A stretch of 64,000 nucleotides of DNA from Vermamoeba vermiformis (GCA_045837725.1 JBEWZL010000102.1:186001-250000); one strand, 5' to 3'; shown: positions 39,855 to 53,834, counted from the first letter of the stretch. The notes: generated from the sequence alone by a model not told the origin. Translations and numbers: made by a program.

Positions 39855-40374
39855 CTAGTCGCGCGATGTACCGTCACTGCGCTTCAAATAGCCCATGCTG
39901 CGCAGCACGTAGCGCGTCTGTTGCGCGAGGTGCGAGTCGGGCTGTTCGTTCAGAATGCGATCCAAGTACCGCGCACTGCCACTCAGTCCACCACTCACCG
40001 CGCATATGCTGCTCACGCCCAGGGTGAATATCGCGCGCTTCCACGGCGAGGGCTGTTGACCAGTACGACGCAACACTGCGAGTGTGGGTGAGCTGGATGT
40101 ACCTGACTAGCACCGCACGAATGAGGTTACTTACGCGACCATATGCCTTCTGCGAATATGAACCCGACGCCAAAGCCGATGCCACTCCTACATCACGCAG
40201 TAATTAATTAATTAATTGAAAAAACAATTATTAAATAAAGGCATTGACTTCAATAATTGCGGTGCATGAATATGGTACTGACCTCTTCAATAAATCACGG
40301 TAAATGGATTGCAACAATTTGGTTTCAGGATCGCGTGCAGTAGCGGGAGCAGGTTCCACATTGCTCACATCCAT
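39855..40374 (-). CDS. Small hypothetical membrane protein (3 exons)
   Basis: ATG at 40374 (MDVSNVEPAP); GT-AG introns join it to ORF 39855-40076, which has a hydrophobic segment. Confidence 0.55.
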
Positions 40375-40450
40375 GACTTGCTTTCACTTGCTAGCTACTT
40401 TATTAAGCGTGTTGTTTGTTATGTACAAGGTGTGGTGTGCTGCGCTGAGT

Positions 40451-43112
40451 TCATTTGCGACTGAATGCGCGACTGACGCGCACAGCTCCGATTAACCAAA
40501 AAAGGACAGATGCAGCGAGGACAACGTAGCCGAGTGAAATTCCGCCCTGCAGTCCAGTGCGCGGGGACTGACATCGATCGAGCGTCAGAACTGCATCGTG
40601 AGGCACGTGATTGTGCAAGATTTCATGAACGGCGCGCAAGTCATGTACTAATAAGGAAGTGAGGACTGCAGCCAGTTCTTTAAATTTGAGCTGTTCACTG
40701 AACTGAAAAGCTAATTTTAGCTTGAATGTCATGAGGTTGACGCGTTGTGTCAAGGCCACGTCAATAACACCTGTCAAAAGTGTCAAATGGTGACTCACAG
40801 CGCTGATCTGCTCGAGCACGTGATCAGTCAAGTGAATCACGTGATTGACATGTGCAGCGTCAATTTGCAGCTGAGTGACACTCGTGCTGGGTGCATAAGA
40901 GCTAAAAATAGACGGCAAGCGTGCCACCAGCCAGTCATGCGTCCACTGCGGTGTGACAGCTGTCAACGTGTGACTCGCACCGCCTGTCACGTGACTGCCC
41001 GTCTCAATGTGCAATATCTCGTGCATATGAGATTGAAATTTCTGCAAAGCTAACTGGTGTTCCGCGGTCAGCTGCAAAGTGAGGTGTTCTGGCACGAGAC
41101 CTGCAAATGATGAGTTAGCCTAATTTGGTAATGCACTGCTCGAGCAGTCACTGACCCCAGATGAGCTGCAAACAACTGCGCAACACAGCCCTGGTCGGTG
41201 CATCCCCCGCACTGCAAAGATCTGTCAGTGGTGTATACGCATCGATGTATAATTAAATATGTCCGTATATTTCAGATCGATGTATAATTAAATATGTCTG
41301 TATATTTCAGATCGATATATAATTAAATATGTCCGTATATTTCAGATCGATGTATTAAATAGTTATCGATGTCTATATAAATGTATGCAACACGCTACCT
41401 CTCCACCACACGCGCGTCCTCACACGTGTGGCCCAGATCAATGTGCTGCTGAGTGTCGCGCGGCTGCACGGCTATGACCATATTAGGAAAGGTGTGAGAC
41501 CACGAATTGCGAGTCACGTGATCAGAATCCGTCAACAGCACGTGATCTTCAGTCTCGAGCACCACCACTGGCAACACGTGTCTGTCACTGGACTGCACGC
41601 CACTCAGTGCCTGCCAGTGTCTTTGCACGAATTCGCGAATCACGTGGCTGTCAAAGTACTGTCGCGCAGACGAGTGCACAGTGCCACTGCTGTCGAGGTA
41701 CGCGCTCGTTTTGGATTTGAGGGCTGAGCGCTGCAATCTCCGACATATCTCGCATTCCTGGAGATTTCGTCTCACCACTGACACTTGCACTGCACTGTTG
41801 CCAAATTTAGGCAATGCTGGATTTGTAAGCACGGACTGAATGACAAAATAGAGTTATTTTCGCTGAAAGTAACCAAAAAGGGAAATATTGACCTGAAGCG
41901 ATGCCACATCGAATTTCAGTGAATGCGCCTCGTCACGTGATTGAGTCACGTGCAGGACTACGACTTGTATCTCGCGCTGGAGATCAGTGACGAGAGGCTT
42001 AAAATAGACGCGCGGAACAATGACCTGATCGATCAGACGTGCCACCAGCGTGCTGATGTACCGTGCGAGCAGTGTCGTGTCCAAATTAGGCAAGTCCACG
42101 TGTTCGTGCACACCTTCGCCTGCATGACGCGGTCCTGAACTGGCCCTGGTTGATCGTTAGCGTGCTGCAAATGACACGTGTCAATGCGCGTACCTGCTCA
42201 GTGCGCGGAGATCTACGAAGAGATCGCGGTCTCTGTGCCACTCGTTAGTTCGTTCATGAATGCGTAGTTCACTGAACGCGTACCTCGTCCACATGATGCC
42301 CGCACAGCGCTGATTGGCCAGCACGTAATTGCGATGTGATTGGCCGGGCTCGTTCATGAACAGATACACCGTGCTGGCATACGCGTCACGTGCTTGTCGT
42401 GCCAGCACTGCATCGAGCTGCGACTGCTGCACGGGATTGTGTGTGTCGTGGAGATCTGGCGAGAGTCAGTGCTGCTAAAAATAGCCCTGTCCACTTACTC
42501 TGAATTGCGCGGAATAACTCGGAGTTAGTATCACGTGCTGTCACTTGATAGTGAAATCTCCGATGGCTGGGATAGAATGTGGTGTTTGCAGCTGTCACAG
42601 TTGCCAAATAAGGCAAGTGCACCGTACGCGACAACTGATTGTATATCTGCGACTGAAGCACGTGAGTAAACGTCTAAATTTAGCAGCACGTACTTGCAGA
42701 GTGGCTGGATAATTTCCCACGAGCACCACGTGTACAGTCACGTGTCCCAAGTGTGACAGCAAGAACTGCAGCGAATGTTAATACTTTGCTCGATGCGTCA
42801 TAGTCACTGTTGCCTATTACAGCTGCATTGTCCAAATAAGGCAATTACCTGCAAGGACTGCAGCTCAGCAATGTAATTCTCGCGCGGCTCGGACCAGTAC
42901 TGCTGCAGCTCCCTCTGATCGAGTGCCGCATATGGATCATTGTCGTATGTAGTACTAGCACTATTATCGCTATTTTTCAGCAGCAAATAGCTCACTTTGG
43001 ATTCGCTTTGTTGACGTGAGGTTGAAATCTGTTCGTAGGACTGCGCGGTGAGACCAGTGCATAGTGTGAGCACGGTGATGCATATATATGCGAGTACTAA
43101 GTGCGCATTCAT
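40451..43112 (-). CDS. Signal-peptide, C-terminally anchored protein of unknown function (resembles a plant/protist family with a FxDLxAGP..GEG motif)
   Basis: Signal peptide MNAHLVLAYICITVLTLCTG; LFVDLRA...GPRHAGEGV...LPNL; C-terminal TM ISLGYVVLAASVLFWLIG; several introns. Confidence 0.6.
41241..41360. repeat. 35-bp tandem repeat, about 3.4 copies, intronic
   Basis: ATCGATGTATAATTAAATATGTCCGTATATTTCAG at 41241, 41276 and 41311, partial at 41346, with single substitutions. Confidence 0.9.
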
Positions 43113-43245
43113 CGTGCTTGCATGGTCGTGTGGTCAATGCGCTCAATACGACTGATTGTTATTTGTCCTTTGATACTGCACACCACACGAGCACTGCAAC
43201 ACGTTATATTTATTATATATATATTTATAGTATAGCACTGGTGAC

Positions 43246-46027
43246 ATGCAGAGTACGCACAACAAGAAGCGAGTGCAGTTCAGATTTGAACAAGAAAGGC
43301 CCGCCAAGCGACAACGCGTGGATGCAGCTGTTACACGCCGAGCAGTAGTGAGCAGTGAGCTCGAATATGAGCACAATAGTGCTGCTGATGATAGACGTCA
43401 CGAGCTCACGGGCGAGTTACTGCCTGCATCGGTGGGTGTGACCGCGAGTAGCTGGATGGAGACTAGAAACGCGTCAGACGATGATTCTAGCACTCAAATG
43501 ACTAGTGATACGCACAATACAGCACCACTAACTATGTCTGGCTTGTTGGGCTCTATTCGTCTGCCTCGATCTGCCGCACCTGGTAATTTAACTTAATTAT
43601 AGCGCAATATTGTTCGAAATATTATACAATTAATATCGCTATGAAATACTATGATTATCATGACTATACACGCATATTCCGTGCTAAGTACTGACGCACA
43701 CTGGTCTGCAGCGGATCCACGCTTCTCAGCAGGCAAGCGAGGTGCGAGTGCACTGCACAAGCGCAAGAGTGACGACAATAGCAGCACTAGTGCCAGCAGT
43801 CTCGCTGCGCAGGGACTCGAAGTGGCACTGATCGTGAATCTGCATCCGCACGGCTATTCACTGAACGATCAAGAGCAGCTGCACGCCTATCACAAACACA
43901 GCGCGGTGTCACGTGACTTGGTGGAGTCGATCGATCACAATCTGCTCTATCATCCGCTGCACGACCTCGTGGCCAATCTGCAGCCCAAGTACGACCACGG
44001 CGCACTGCTGCTGCAGATCCGCGACTTCAGGGGCCCAGTGCTGTCTGCAGCTGATCGGAAGTGGTCCGATGAGGTCACTGCGGAGGCGAGCAAGGACGCG
44101 GACACGGAGCACAAGGAGCCTGAGGTGAAGAGCGAGGTCAAGGACGAGGCTATTAATAGCAACACCAGCGCTAATAATAGCAACACCAATAATAGCACCC
44201 CGAGTGCGGCCAATAATAGCACAGCTGTCGCACCGAGCACTGCTGTCGCTAATAATAGCAGCACCAATAATAGCACCGCTGCCAGCGAGGAGCCAGGTGA
44301 CAGCAAGAGCGAGGAGAAGAAAGACAGCGCGAGTGTCAAAGTGACACCTGTCACACTCAAACATCCAATCACGTGCTTGCATCCCCGACACTCACAGCAG
44401 TCACGTGGTCTGCCCACCGTGCACTACGTGCTGCTGCGACCGAGTTACGAGCACGTGATCGGCGATGTGCGCCAGCTGATCGATCGATTGGTGGCAGAGA
44501 GTGCCAGCAAAGCGAACAACAGCAAACTCAACGACAGCAGTGCTGCCCTGGATGAGAGCGTGGACCTGGACAGCATGATCGAGTCGTTCATTAACCGCGA
44601 TGAGACTAATAATAGCACCACTGACCAGGGCCCTGGTCTGCGCGTCGAGTCCAAGACTGATGCCACCAATCTGCTCGAGGCCAAATTGTTCCGCGCCCTG
44701 GTGCCAGACCTCTGTCTCGATCCCAGTCCCGAGGTATTGTTCCGCAGTAATTCCGCTCACTACAATGCGCGCAAGATGCTGCGCTCAGTGCCGCACAAAG
44801 ATCTCAAGCGCGCACGTGTAGTGCCACGTGTCATCACCACGCCACGTGCTCTCGGTGTATCTCCGGTGATCGAGAACGAGCACGTGATGCAAATTGAAGC
44901 CACCACCGAGCCCACACCCCTAGCGGTTGAGAATGGCCATTCAGTGAACGAGCACGTGGATGAGTCCGCGTCGAGCAGTCAAGTTGACACGATGACACCT
45001 GTCAATGTGACACTCGAGACTGAGCCCGTTACTAGCTCGAGAGTAAGTCTTTGCAACTATTTCGGCGCTGTAGCGATCGATTGACGAGCTAAATTTAGAA
45101 GCGCGAGTCCAAACTGCTGAATTTTCTGCAAACCATCAGCCACGAGGCCCTGGTCGACGAAAACAATCGTTATTTGCACCGCGAATCGATCTACCAGCCC
45201 CTGTCCATCATCACGAGTGCCAAGAGTGCCACCAGTGCCTTGCCAAATATAGGCAGCGAGCTGTCCTTTGCGCACACGAACAAGATGAAGCAGGCGCAGG
45301 AACAGAGTCGCACACTCAAGTACGGCATCAACAAGAACCGCGACTATTTGCAGCTCGAACTCGCCTTCACGCACCAGGGCTCCGATCACGTGCACTTGTT
45401 GCCCGAGGAGCATGATCCGCGCTGGACGGGCAAGCTCTTGGTGCTCAAGGACGTCGTGCCTGGCAAGCCGCTGCCGTCACGTGATCCGCGCTACGAAGTG
45501 GAGTTCTCGATCGGCGATCAGTACCAGACGCAGCTGTTCGTGAACACGCTCAATCAGATCGAGATGCAGCAGGCCGGCACGCAGCTCATTCAAGACTCGG
45601 CTGCGGGCTATCAAGCACACCCGACCCTGCCGCAGACCCTGCCCTACATGCCACCTGGACCCAATCAGCCACCTGGCCCTGGTCAACCTGTGCCTGGCGG
45701 ACCGGTTAAATTGCCTTTTATGGGTGGTCCTGGTGGCGCAGTGCCGGGCATGATCAAACGTCCCGATCAACCCATGATGCCTGGTGGCATGCCAAAACTC
45801 CCGCCCCAGATGAGTGTGGTGCCCCCTGGCGGCATGCCACAGAACCCCATGCTGATGCAACGCAGACAAGGTAAGCGAGTTACATACGAGAGCTAGTACT
45901 GACCTGGACAGTAGTGCCACCTGGTGCTCCACGCCCTGGTGCTCCAATGCCACAGAGCATTCCTGGCCAGCCCTACATGCCACCAGGTCCCAATCAGCAA
46001 TTCCCACCCAATTATCCACATCATTGA
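43246..46027 (+). CDS. SPT20: SAGA subunit Spt20/SUPT20-like
   Basis: Spt20 domain motifs LIVNLHPHGYSL, LLLQIRDFR, YVLLRPS and LEAKLF...DLCLDPSPEV; P/G/M/Q-rich C-terminus. Confidence 0.8.
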
Positions 46028-46029
46028 GT

Positions 46030-47750
46030 GTGTTCATCTGACTTGTAAATATCAGCATTAAAGTTTGTACTATACATAGCATGTTTAAAATGCCATCAGG
46101 GTGGCCAGCCAAATCTGAGGACAATGGCAATATGAAAGTCCAGCCAGCTATGTTTACTGATTGGGGACTATGTACTAACATTTTTGGCATATTCATTCAG
46201 TACATACATGGTTGGGAATGTACTAGCATAAAGTGGAAGACTTCAGTGTCCAATGGTCACTGCTTACTATTCAGACCATCTCCAATGGGGACATTGGCGG
46301 AAACCAAAAATATTTTGTCTGTCCATCATGGACATTGCATCAGATGATGTTGTAATTGACGTCGGACGTCCCGTCCGCAAAAAATTTTTCGTCCGTGGAC
46401 ATTGCGTCCGTCCGGGGTCGCTGCATCCGCTGATGTTAGTAATTGACCAACTTATACCAAACTTTGCCATTAGCACCAGTGGACCCAAGAAGCACTACTA
46501 TTGGCATCAGGAGGCTTTGGGCTAAACGCCAGAGGCTGAAAATGGCAATGTTCTGCAAAGAACTTAAGTACTAGAACTTTGTTCTATTGGCTGCAATACC
46601 ATTGAAAATTTGGAAACACCTAGACCTATCACTATCTAACAAGAAAATATGAGTAATCATCAAAGATATTGTAGTGGCAGCAATTTGTAAATTTTCAGCA
46701 TTAAGTATGAACCCACCCACCAGCACATATTTGGCACAAAACAACTATACGTATTTTATGCAACCCTGAACTTTGGCTACAATACATTGTCACCTAGCTA
46801 TGAAATTTTTTTTGAATCATCTCTACTTTTTTATGTTGTAACCTTTGTCCAGTATGGTGGCAAACCTTGTTATAATGAAGGGATATGCTTAATCATATAC
46901 ATGGCATATAGAAATCTTGTTAAAATCTTCATACTATATGATGTATGGTCGGGGACGCGGCCAGGTTTTTGGGATGGGACGTCCGCCGCCAAAACCATCC
47001 TACACCATGCGCCGTTGATTGTTTTCAAGTGCCGTCTGGGGGAGCCGCCGGGGATCAACTCTGCTGTTAGCATCAGCAGACCCAATCTTGATCTTTGGGC
47101 TAAATGGTGGAGGCTGACTTCTAAGTTCTGTGAAGAACACTGCACCATGTCTGCAATATGGCCTTGATGCCGCCATTCATCCTACTTGGTAATTAGCAAT
47201 TTTTTTTATTGAGACTCATTATCTTTTTTCAGCTTAGATTGTAGTGCATTAGGCCTACAGCAAAAAGAAGTGCTTTGCAACCCTCCTTTACCCTCGCCCC
47301 CCCGTTCCGCCAAAAAAAGAAGTCAGTATTAACTAGTGCTGGATATCCTTTTGGGGTATCGATATCGAAGTTTTTTAGAAAGCCCTATCATTTGCCATAC
47401 ATTATCAGCTCTCTACAGCAGCCTTCTGTCAAGGTTACTCTTTCCTCATATATTTACATATATTCAACTGAAGCTTAGGCAGACAAAATTATGATTGAGC
47501 ATGAGGGTTGGAGGCTGCTGGGCAGGAAACAAAACTTTTCAATATCGTTGATATAAAATCAATATGTAAGAGCGCAACCAGGGATAGGAGTCTGATTTGG
47601 AAAGTATGATTGCACACAGATAAGGACTCACTTTGGAGGAGTCTGCCTAATTGAACAGACGTGCAGACAGGACAGGAATGGGCCGTAGTTATGGGTTCTC
47701 ATGAAATAAAACCATGGGTGGATGAAAAATGACTTTCGTGAATGTAAATT
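46030..47750. mobile_element. Non-coding, CpG-depleted intergenic island; probable degenerate transposon or repeat relic
   Basis: 1.7 kb without a credible gene in a genome with very short intergenic spaces; CpG scarce except in small GC patches; internal repeat pair differing mainly by CpG-type transitions. Confidence 0.45.
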
Positions 47751-47768
47751 TAATTCGTCAGGGGTAAT

Positions 47769-48827
47769 CTAATTGTCCTTCTTGATCTTTGCAGCACCAT
47801 TTGCAGCACCATTTGCAGCACCATTTGCAGCACCAGTCTTGCCGTCCTTCTTCGTGTAAGTGCGAGAGAAGAAGCGGTTGAAGAGCAAGTTGAAAGTGGC
47901 ATTGGCAAAGATGGTGACACCGACAATGGTCACTGAGCCCGAGCAGTGTTGTTGACTGTTCACGTACAGCCACAGCGCGAGCACGGCGAGATTGAAGTAG
48001 AACTGCGTGATTTGCATCTGCGTCAAGTGTTTCTGCAGCACCGATCAGTCGCGTTACTATATAAATATATATATGCATGTGTGACACGTACCTTCCACCA
48101 GATTCGCGCGTCAGGGTCGAGTGTGGTGCGCAGATAGTAGTAGTACATGACCGTGTGCACCAGGGTGTTGGTCACCACGCCGATCCACTGAAACGTTGTG
48201 TTCGTCAACAGGCCCAACCACGTCGCGAAGAGTGTCAGGATGTGGTGATAGACGTGCAAGAAATCTAACGGTTTCTGTGCAGTGTGAGTGTCAATAGCAG
48301 TCACGTGATAGCAGTTGCTATATTTAGCTACGAAGATCGCTGCCGTACCTTCTTGAGGGCAATGAACACGGTATCAATAAATTCGTAAAATTTGCTCAAG
48401 TGGAAGATCCAAACCCAATAAGCGACGCGTCCTTTGTAATAACGACCATTCGGGTCGCAGAACAAGTCATTAGGCGTAGCATTTTCCTGTCAAAATGAAA
48501 GGTTAGATCCCAAACTGAAATTCAAAAAATATCTTAAATTCGAAATACTGAGAATAGTCCTACCGTGAGCATGGCCATAGCGAGGTCATATAACAGACCC
48601 GACAGCACGACAAAAGATCCAACGCTCAAAATCAAGTTGTGCAGCGCTTGAGGATATTTCAGCGAGAGTTGAAAGGGAAGACCATATTTGAGACCAAAAA
48701 TAGTAATTAAATAGACTATAGAGGCACCTACAGGCCACTGCCACTCCGAGAATGGCGTGACACCGTATTTAAATTCAAAGTTGTTCATGTAGTGATTGGC
48801 GTCCTCGATCCACTTGTTGAGCTCCAT
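47769..48827 (-). CDS. Very-long-chain fatty acid elongase (ELO/GNS1/SUR4 family)
   Basis: FHLSKFYEFIDTVF, FLHVYHH, NTLVHTVMYYYY, LTQMQITQF; KKxx ER-retrieval end (KKDN); AANG tandem repeat at about 47790-47835. Confidence 0.95.
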
Positions 48828-49064
48828 TGTGGTGTGTTGCGCGTGGTAGTGTTGAATTAATTGGTCTTGGTCTGCTTGTTCTGAATAATGGAATTACGTC
48901 GTCGCGCGACGTGACAAAATGTCCGAACGGAGAATAATTCCATATTTGGTAATTTAAATTCGGAGTCAAAAAAAGGAAAATTCGTTGCTGAGAATTCAAT
49001 CGAGGTACCTAATCGTCTCCACATTAATCAGGCCCACGAGTATTCGCAAAGCTGTTTATATACA

Positions 49065-50637
49065 TTACATGGGTGGTGCGCTGGGACTGGGCAGTGCAGC
49101 GCTGCTATTATTAGCGCCAGTGTTGTGGATCACCGTGTTGTGCACCACATTGTTGTACACCACCGTCACGTGACTCGAGGGGTGTGCAGTCACGTGATCA
49201 ATCCAGGCGCTGTTCACTGAATTCTGACACGTGCGCCACTCGTGCTCGCAGTCCTTGAGCTCGGCATCGCGCGTGTGTTCTATTTGCGTCACTCGCTCCT
49301 CGCACTCACTGCGCGCACGTGCCACTTTCAGCTCGCAGTTCTCTACCAGGGCACGTCGCTCGTTCTCAGTCACGTGCTCGCCCTCCACTGCACGCTCCAG
49401 TTCACTCTGCAGCTCGCGCACACGTGACTCGTACACCTTGCGCGCGGCACTCTCTTCTTCGCTGGCACGTGATCGCGCACGTGATTTGCGTTCTTTGCGC
49501 CGCTTTTTGCCCGCAGCGAGCTGATCGTGCAGTGCGCGCAGTTTGAGCACGTGACCAGCAGGCAAGGACAGGGCCTCGCCGTGCACGGAGATTGGCCACT
49601 GCCAGTAGTGGGTCAGCAGCTCCACGGCACTCAGACGCGCAATCTCGCGCTGGAGATATTCCGCGAGCTCTTGCGGCGTGAGATAGCCCTGGTCGACGAT
49701 CCAGGGCGCATAATCACGTGCGATCTGTTCGAGGGTGAGCAGGCCAGTGCGCAGGTCCATGAGTGCGCGGTCGCGGAGCACGTGGAGTGAGAGCAAGTGG
49801 TGCTGCACGAGGGGCTGCGCACCAATCTTGATCAGTTCACTGAACGAGTAGTCACGTGACTTGTCATCTGCGACGATGAGCGAGGTGATGAAGCTCTTGT
49901 CAATATCGAGCTTGTCGACGAGCCAGACCCCGTAGCGACACATGCGCAACAAGCAGGGTGTGGCGTGGTGGTGCAGCACATCCAGCTCGAAGCGCTCTTT
50001 CAAGAACTCTTTGCTCAGCACTCTGTCTGCGACTACGTGATTCAATATCTGGGAGTGATACGTGCTCCATATGTCATCGAAGCCCATGTTCTTGGCGACA
50101 ATCTCATCGATCAGCTTGCTTCTAATGTTCTCGATCGAGGCAACTGTCAATCCAATAAGAATGGAGTTTGCAACAAAGAATAGGCCGCAACTTACTCTTC
50201 TTCAAGCTCTCCCAATCCCACTTTTCAAAGCTCTCGACAAACGGCTTGCTTTTGAATTCTAAGTGCGCAGGTAAGCTACATCCAACATCTTTAGAGTGAA
50301 TTTACCTTGTAAATATTCTCTCAATGCTTCTGGATCATTCATGTATTTTTTAGTGATTAATCCTGCACCAAATATGGATGCAACTGCAATACGTAAATTT
50401 TTAGGGCTGGTCGAAGCGAGATGGAAGGTAGATGTACTTACTTGCGCTGAAGACATAGGTTCGAGCGCGATGTGACCCTCGCAACCATGCTATTAAAGCT
50501 ATACTTGCACCGCTGAGCAACAAGATCCGGCCCAGCGTGCGACCAAAGGAGCGGCGCTGATACCACTCTGCTTTGACGAGCTGCAAGTGTTCTGCATCCG
50601 GATCTGAAGTGGGGGACTGACGTGTGGTCATGTCCAT
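49065..50637 (-). CDS. Hypothetical protein with N-terminal TM pair, helical middle, coiled coil and C-terminal PSAP motif
   Basis: ORFs 50401-50637, 50259-50456 and 49065-50150 joinable by GT-AG introns; ends ALPSPSAPPM. Confidence 0.6.
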
Positions 50638-51091
50638 AGTGTAGTGCGATTACTGAGTGGAAATGACGTTCTTCTGCTTTTCAACACGTCGGCAGAATTC
50701 TGCCTAATATTTCAGGAAGGAAAACAAACTGTCCCATAAGGGACCTAATAGGGACGAGATTTGACGGGGTGACGCAACAGGCAGATAATCAACAGCTGTG
50801 TCGCACCTTGTTGTGAGTGCCTTCCCACACTTACACGACCGTGAATTCAGCACGCAGTCACTGGGAATTCAACCGTACCCGACAGCTACGCCTATTTTAC
50901 ATTACAGCGCGTAGTAGCAGAGAGAGAGAGTACAGCGATATGACGAGGGACACTATTTGGAGCTTTTAAGGTTTTTATTGTTTTTTGTTTGGTTTGGTGC
51001 TATTTTGAGCGCAATTTCTATTCACAGCACACTGTCACGTGACCAGTACTGTCACGCCACGAGTGCAAATTTAGTGGCAGCGGTAGCTAAT

Positions 51092-52749
51092 TTACTGGAA
51101 TCCAGCCACGTACAACCTCTTGTCTGCAAATGTGAAAATAAACTGTGAGTGACAAGCACTAGATATTTTCCAAATAAGGCAAACATACCGATCTCAGCAG
51201 GAATGGGCTTAATCTCCGTATCGAGCTCCTTCTCAATCTTGAGCAAGTTGTAGCGGTCCTCATACGTGACAAGATTGATCGCGAGACCGAGGTGTCCAAA
51301 TCGGCCCGAGCGACCAATGCGGTGCAAGTAGGTCTCACTGTTCTTGGGGAAGTCAAAGTTGATGACGACATTGACTGCGGGGATGTCAATGCCGCGCGTG
51401 AACAGATCTGACGACACCAAGTGGCGGCAAGCTCCGTTTCTGAAGTCGTGGAAGACGCGATTGCGGTGTTCTTGCGGCATCTTGGCGTGAATGTAGAAGC
51501 ACGAGTAGCCGAGGTCCGTGACCTTCTTGGCGAGCAGCTCCACACGCGTGACGGAGTTGCAGAAGATGATGGACTGATTGATGTCCAGCTTGGAGAAGAG
51601 CGTGTTCAGACAGTGCACCTTCTGTCGCTCATCCACAAAGGCGTAGTACTGCGTCACACCCTTGAGCGTCAACTCCTCCATCAGATTGATCTCGTAGGGG
51701 TCCTCTAAGAAGCGGTCTTTGAAGTCCTTCACCGTGATGGGGAAGGTAGCTGAGAAGAGCAAGATCTGACGGTCCTTGGGCAGATAGCCGATGCACTTCT
51801 CCACGGCCAATCTGAACTCGGGGGACAGCAGCTTGTCAGCCTCGTCCATCACCAAGTACGTGCACTGCTCGAGCTTGGCCACGCCCTTGTGCGCCAAGTC
51901 CCAGACACGTGCAGGGGTAGCGACGAGAATGTGCACACCCTGCATGAGTCGAATGATGTCGTCCTTGAGCGAAGTGCCACCAGTGGAGACCATCACTTGC
52001 AGACCTTCAATGTACTTGCCGAGCTGTTTGCACACTTGACTGGTTTGCAGCGCTAACTCTCTCGTGGGCACCAAGATAATAGCTGCAAATATACTCGTTA
52101 ATTACATAGGGCTCGCTAATTATCACAAGAGCAATTGATGGTCAACGGTGACTGCAGTATGAATTATTATTGAAATTAAAATAAATTCAAGATATTTTTT
52201 GCAAACTAACCAAAAATTTTCAACCGCTTTACAACGTCGATATTGAATTATCAACTACGCGGCCAATAATTAAATTATTTTGTTCAATTTACCTTGAATA
52301 GCCTTCTTGGTCGCATCAACTTTCTCCAAGGCAGGAATCAGAAAACTGGCTGTCTTGCCAGTACCGTTCTTCGCACGAGCCAAAATATTGCGGTGAGCGA
52401 GAGCAATGGGAATGGCTTCTTCTTGAATAGGAGAAGGACGTTCAAAGCCCATCTCGTAAATTCCCATCAAGAGCTCTTTCTTTAAGTAATAGCTGTCGAA
52501 ATCAGTGCCTTTGGTAGTTTTGGTAACGTCCTAATATGTTACGTTGATACATGCTATATTGAATTCGTTGGTGCTGATCTTACTTCGGTTTTAGGTCGCA
52601 AATCTGGTGCTGGCTTGTTAATTCTTGATTTCCAATCCTCGTCTCCACTGTACAGAAAAAATGAGGAAAAAATGTTAATATTCATTTTAAAAATTATCAT
52701 AAGCTTAGCCATACGAATTGGACGTGTGGTTATTTCTTTGGTTATCCAT
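51092..52749 (-). CDS. DDX6: DEAD-box RNA helicase DDX6/Dhh1
   Basis: [58 protein letters not shown]. Confidence 0.97.
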
Positions 52750-53011
52750 CCAGCAAATCTTCTATTTTACAAGGACAAAAAAAAAATATTGTACAAAAAT
52801 ACTGCAAGTTTGCTAAAGATAACACGAGCTTCTAGCGATAGTCCTAAAATACGATACTTTCACTCGATTTGTTGCTCTGGTTAAAAAAAATGGGCATAAT
52901 AAAATTTTTTCACGGTTGTTTTTTTAACGATCTGACACGACGCTGAAACACACGTCAACACTGCGACACAGTGTTCTATAACTCATTTATTTCACGTGGT
53001 AATATTGCGCA

Positions 53012-53834
53012 ATGAGACGACTATTTGGGGGTTCAAAAGCAAAAGAGCCCAAAGAGCCACCACCATCCTTGGATGACGCTACCAAAATGGTAAATTTATT
53101 GTACATTATCGCTATCATGGCGATGTAGTGCAGTATATTGTTTTATTGAGGGCATTGAACTTTAATTCTCTATTCGTTCAATTTCAAAAATAATTCGAAA
53201 AACGAAAATACTTTCTAATAATAATAAGAAACAACCAACTAACGCGAATTAGATCAATACGCGCATTGCGGGCATCGAAGATAAGATCAAGAAGCTCGAT
53301 GTTGAAGTGGTGAAGTACCGCGATCAAATGAACAAGATGCGACCAGGCCCCGCACAGAACGCCATCAAACAAAAAGCGCTGCGAGCCCTGAAGCAGAAGA
53401 AGATGTACGAGGCACAGCTCAACTCGCTGATGACGCAATCGTTCAACATGGAGCAGACAGCCTTCACGCAACAGTCGCTGTCCGACACGGCGCTGCAAGT
53501 GCAAGTGATGAAGCAGGCCAATGTGAGCATCAAGGCGCAGTTCCAGGACATCAGCGTGGACGAGATTGACGACCTGCACGATGACTTGCAGGACTTGATG
53601 GACACCTCCAACGAGATACAGGAGATCATGTCGCGCCAGTACGAGATGCCCTACGATGTGGACGAGAGTGAGCTCGAAGAGGAGCTGATGACCCTCGAAG
53701 CAGATCTCGATGCGGATGCGGATGCAGTGCCGAGCTATCTGAGTGAACTGCAGGCACCCAGTGGCGCTATCAATGTCGGAGGACAGAACGAAGCACTGCC
53801 CGATGTGCCGCTCAGCAACACCGTCAACAACTAG
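53012..53834 (+). CDS. CHMP5: ESCRT-III-associated Vps60/CHMP5
   Basis: MRRLFGGSK; KQKALRALKQKKMYEAQ...QSFNMEQ; EIQEIMSRQY..P.DVDESELEEEL. Confidence 0.95.

Noticed and set aside
41241-41360. CRISPR-like array
   Set aside because: Direct tandem repeat without spacers, inside a eukaryotic intron.
46097-46768. Possible hAT-like terminal inverted repeats CAGGGTGGCC / TGCAACCCTG
   Set aside because: Imperfect short match with no target-site duplication.
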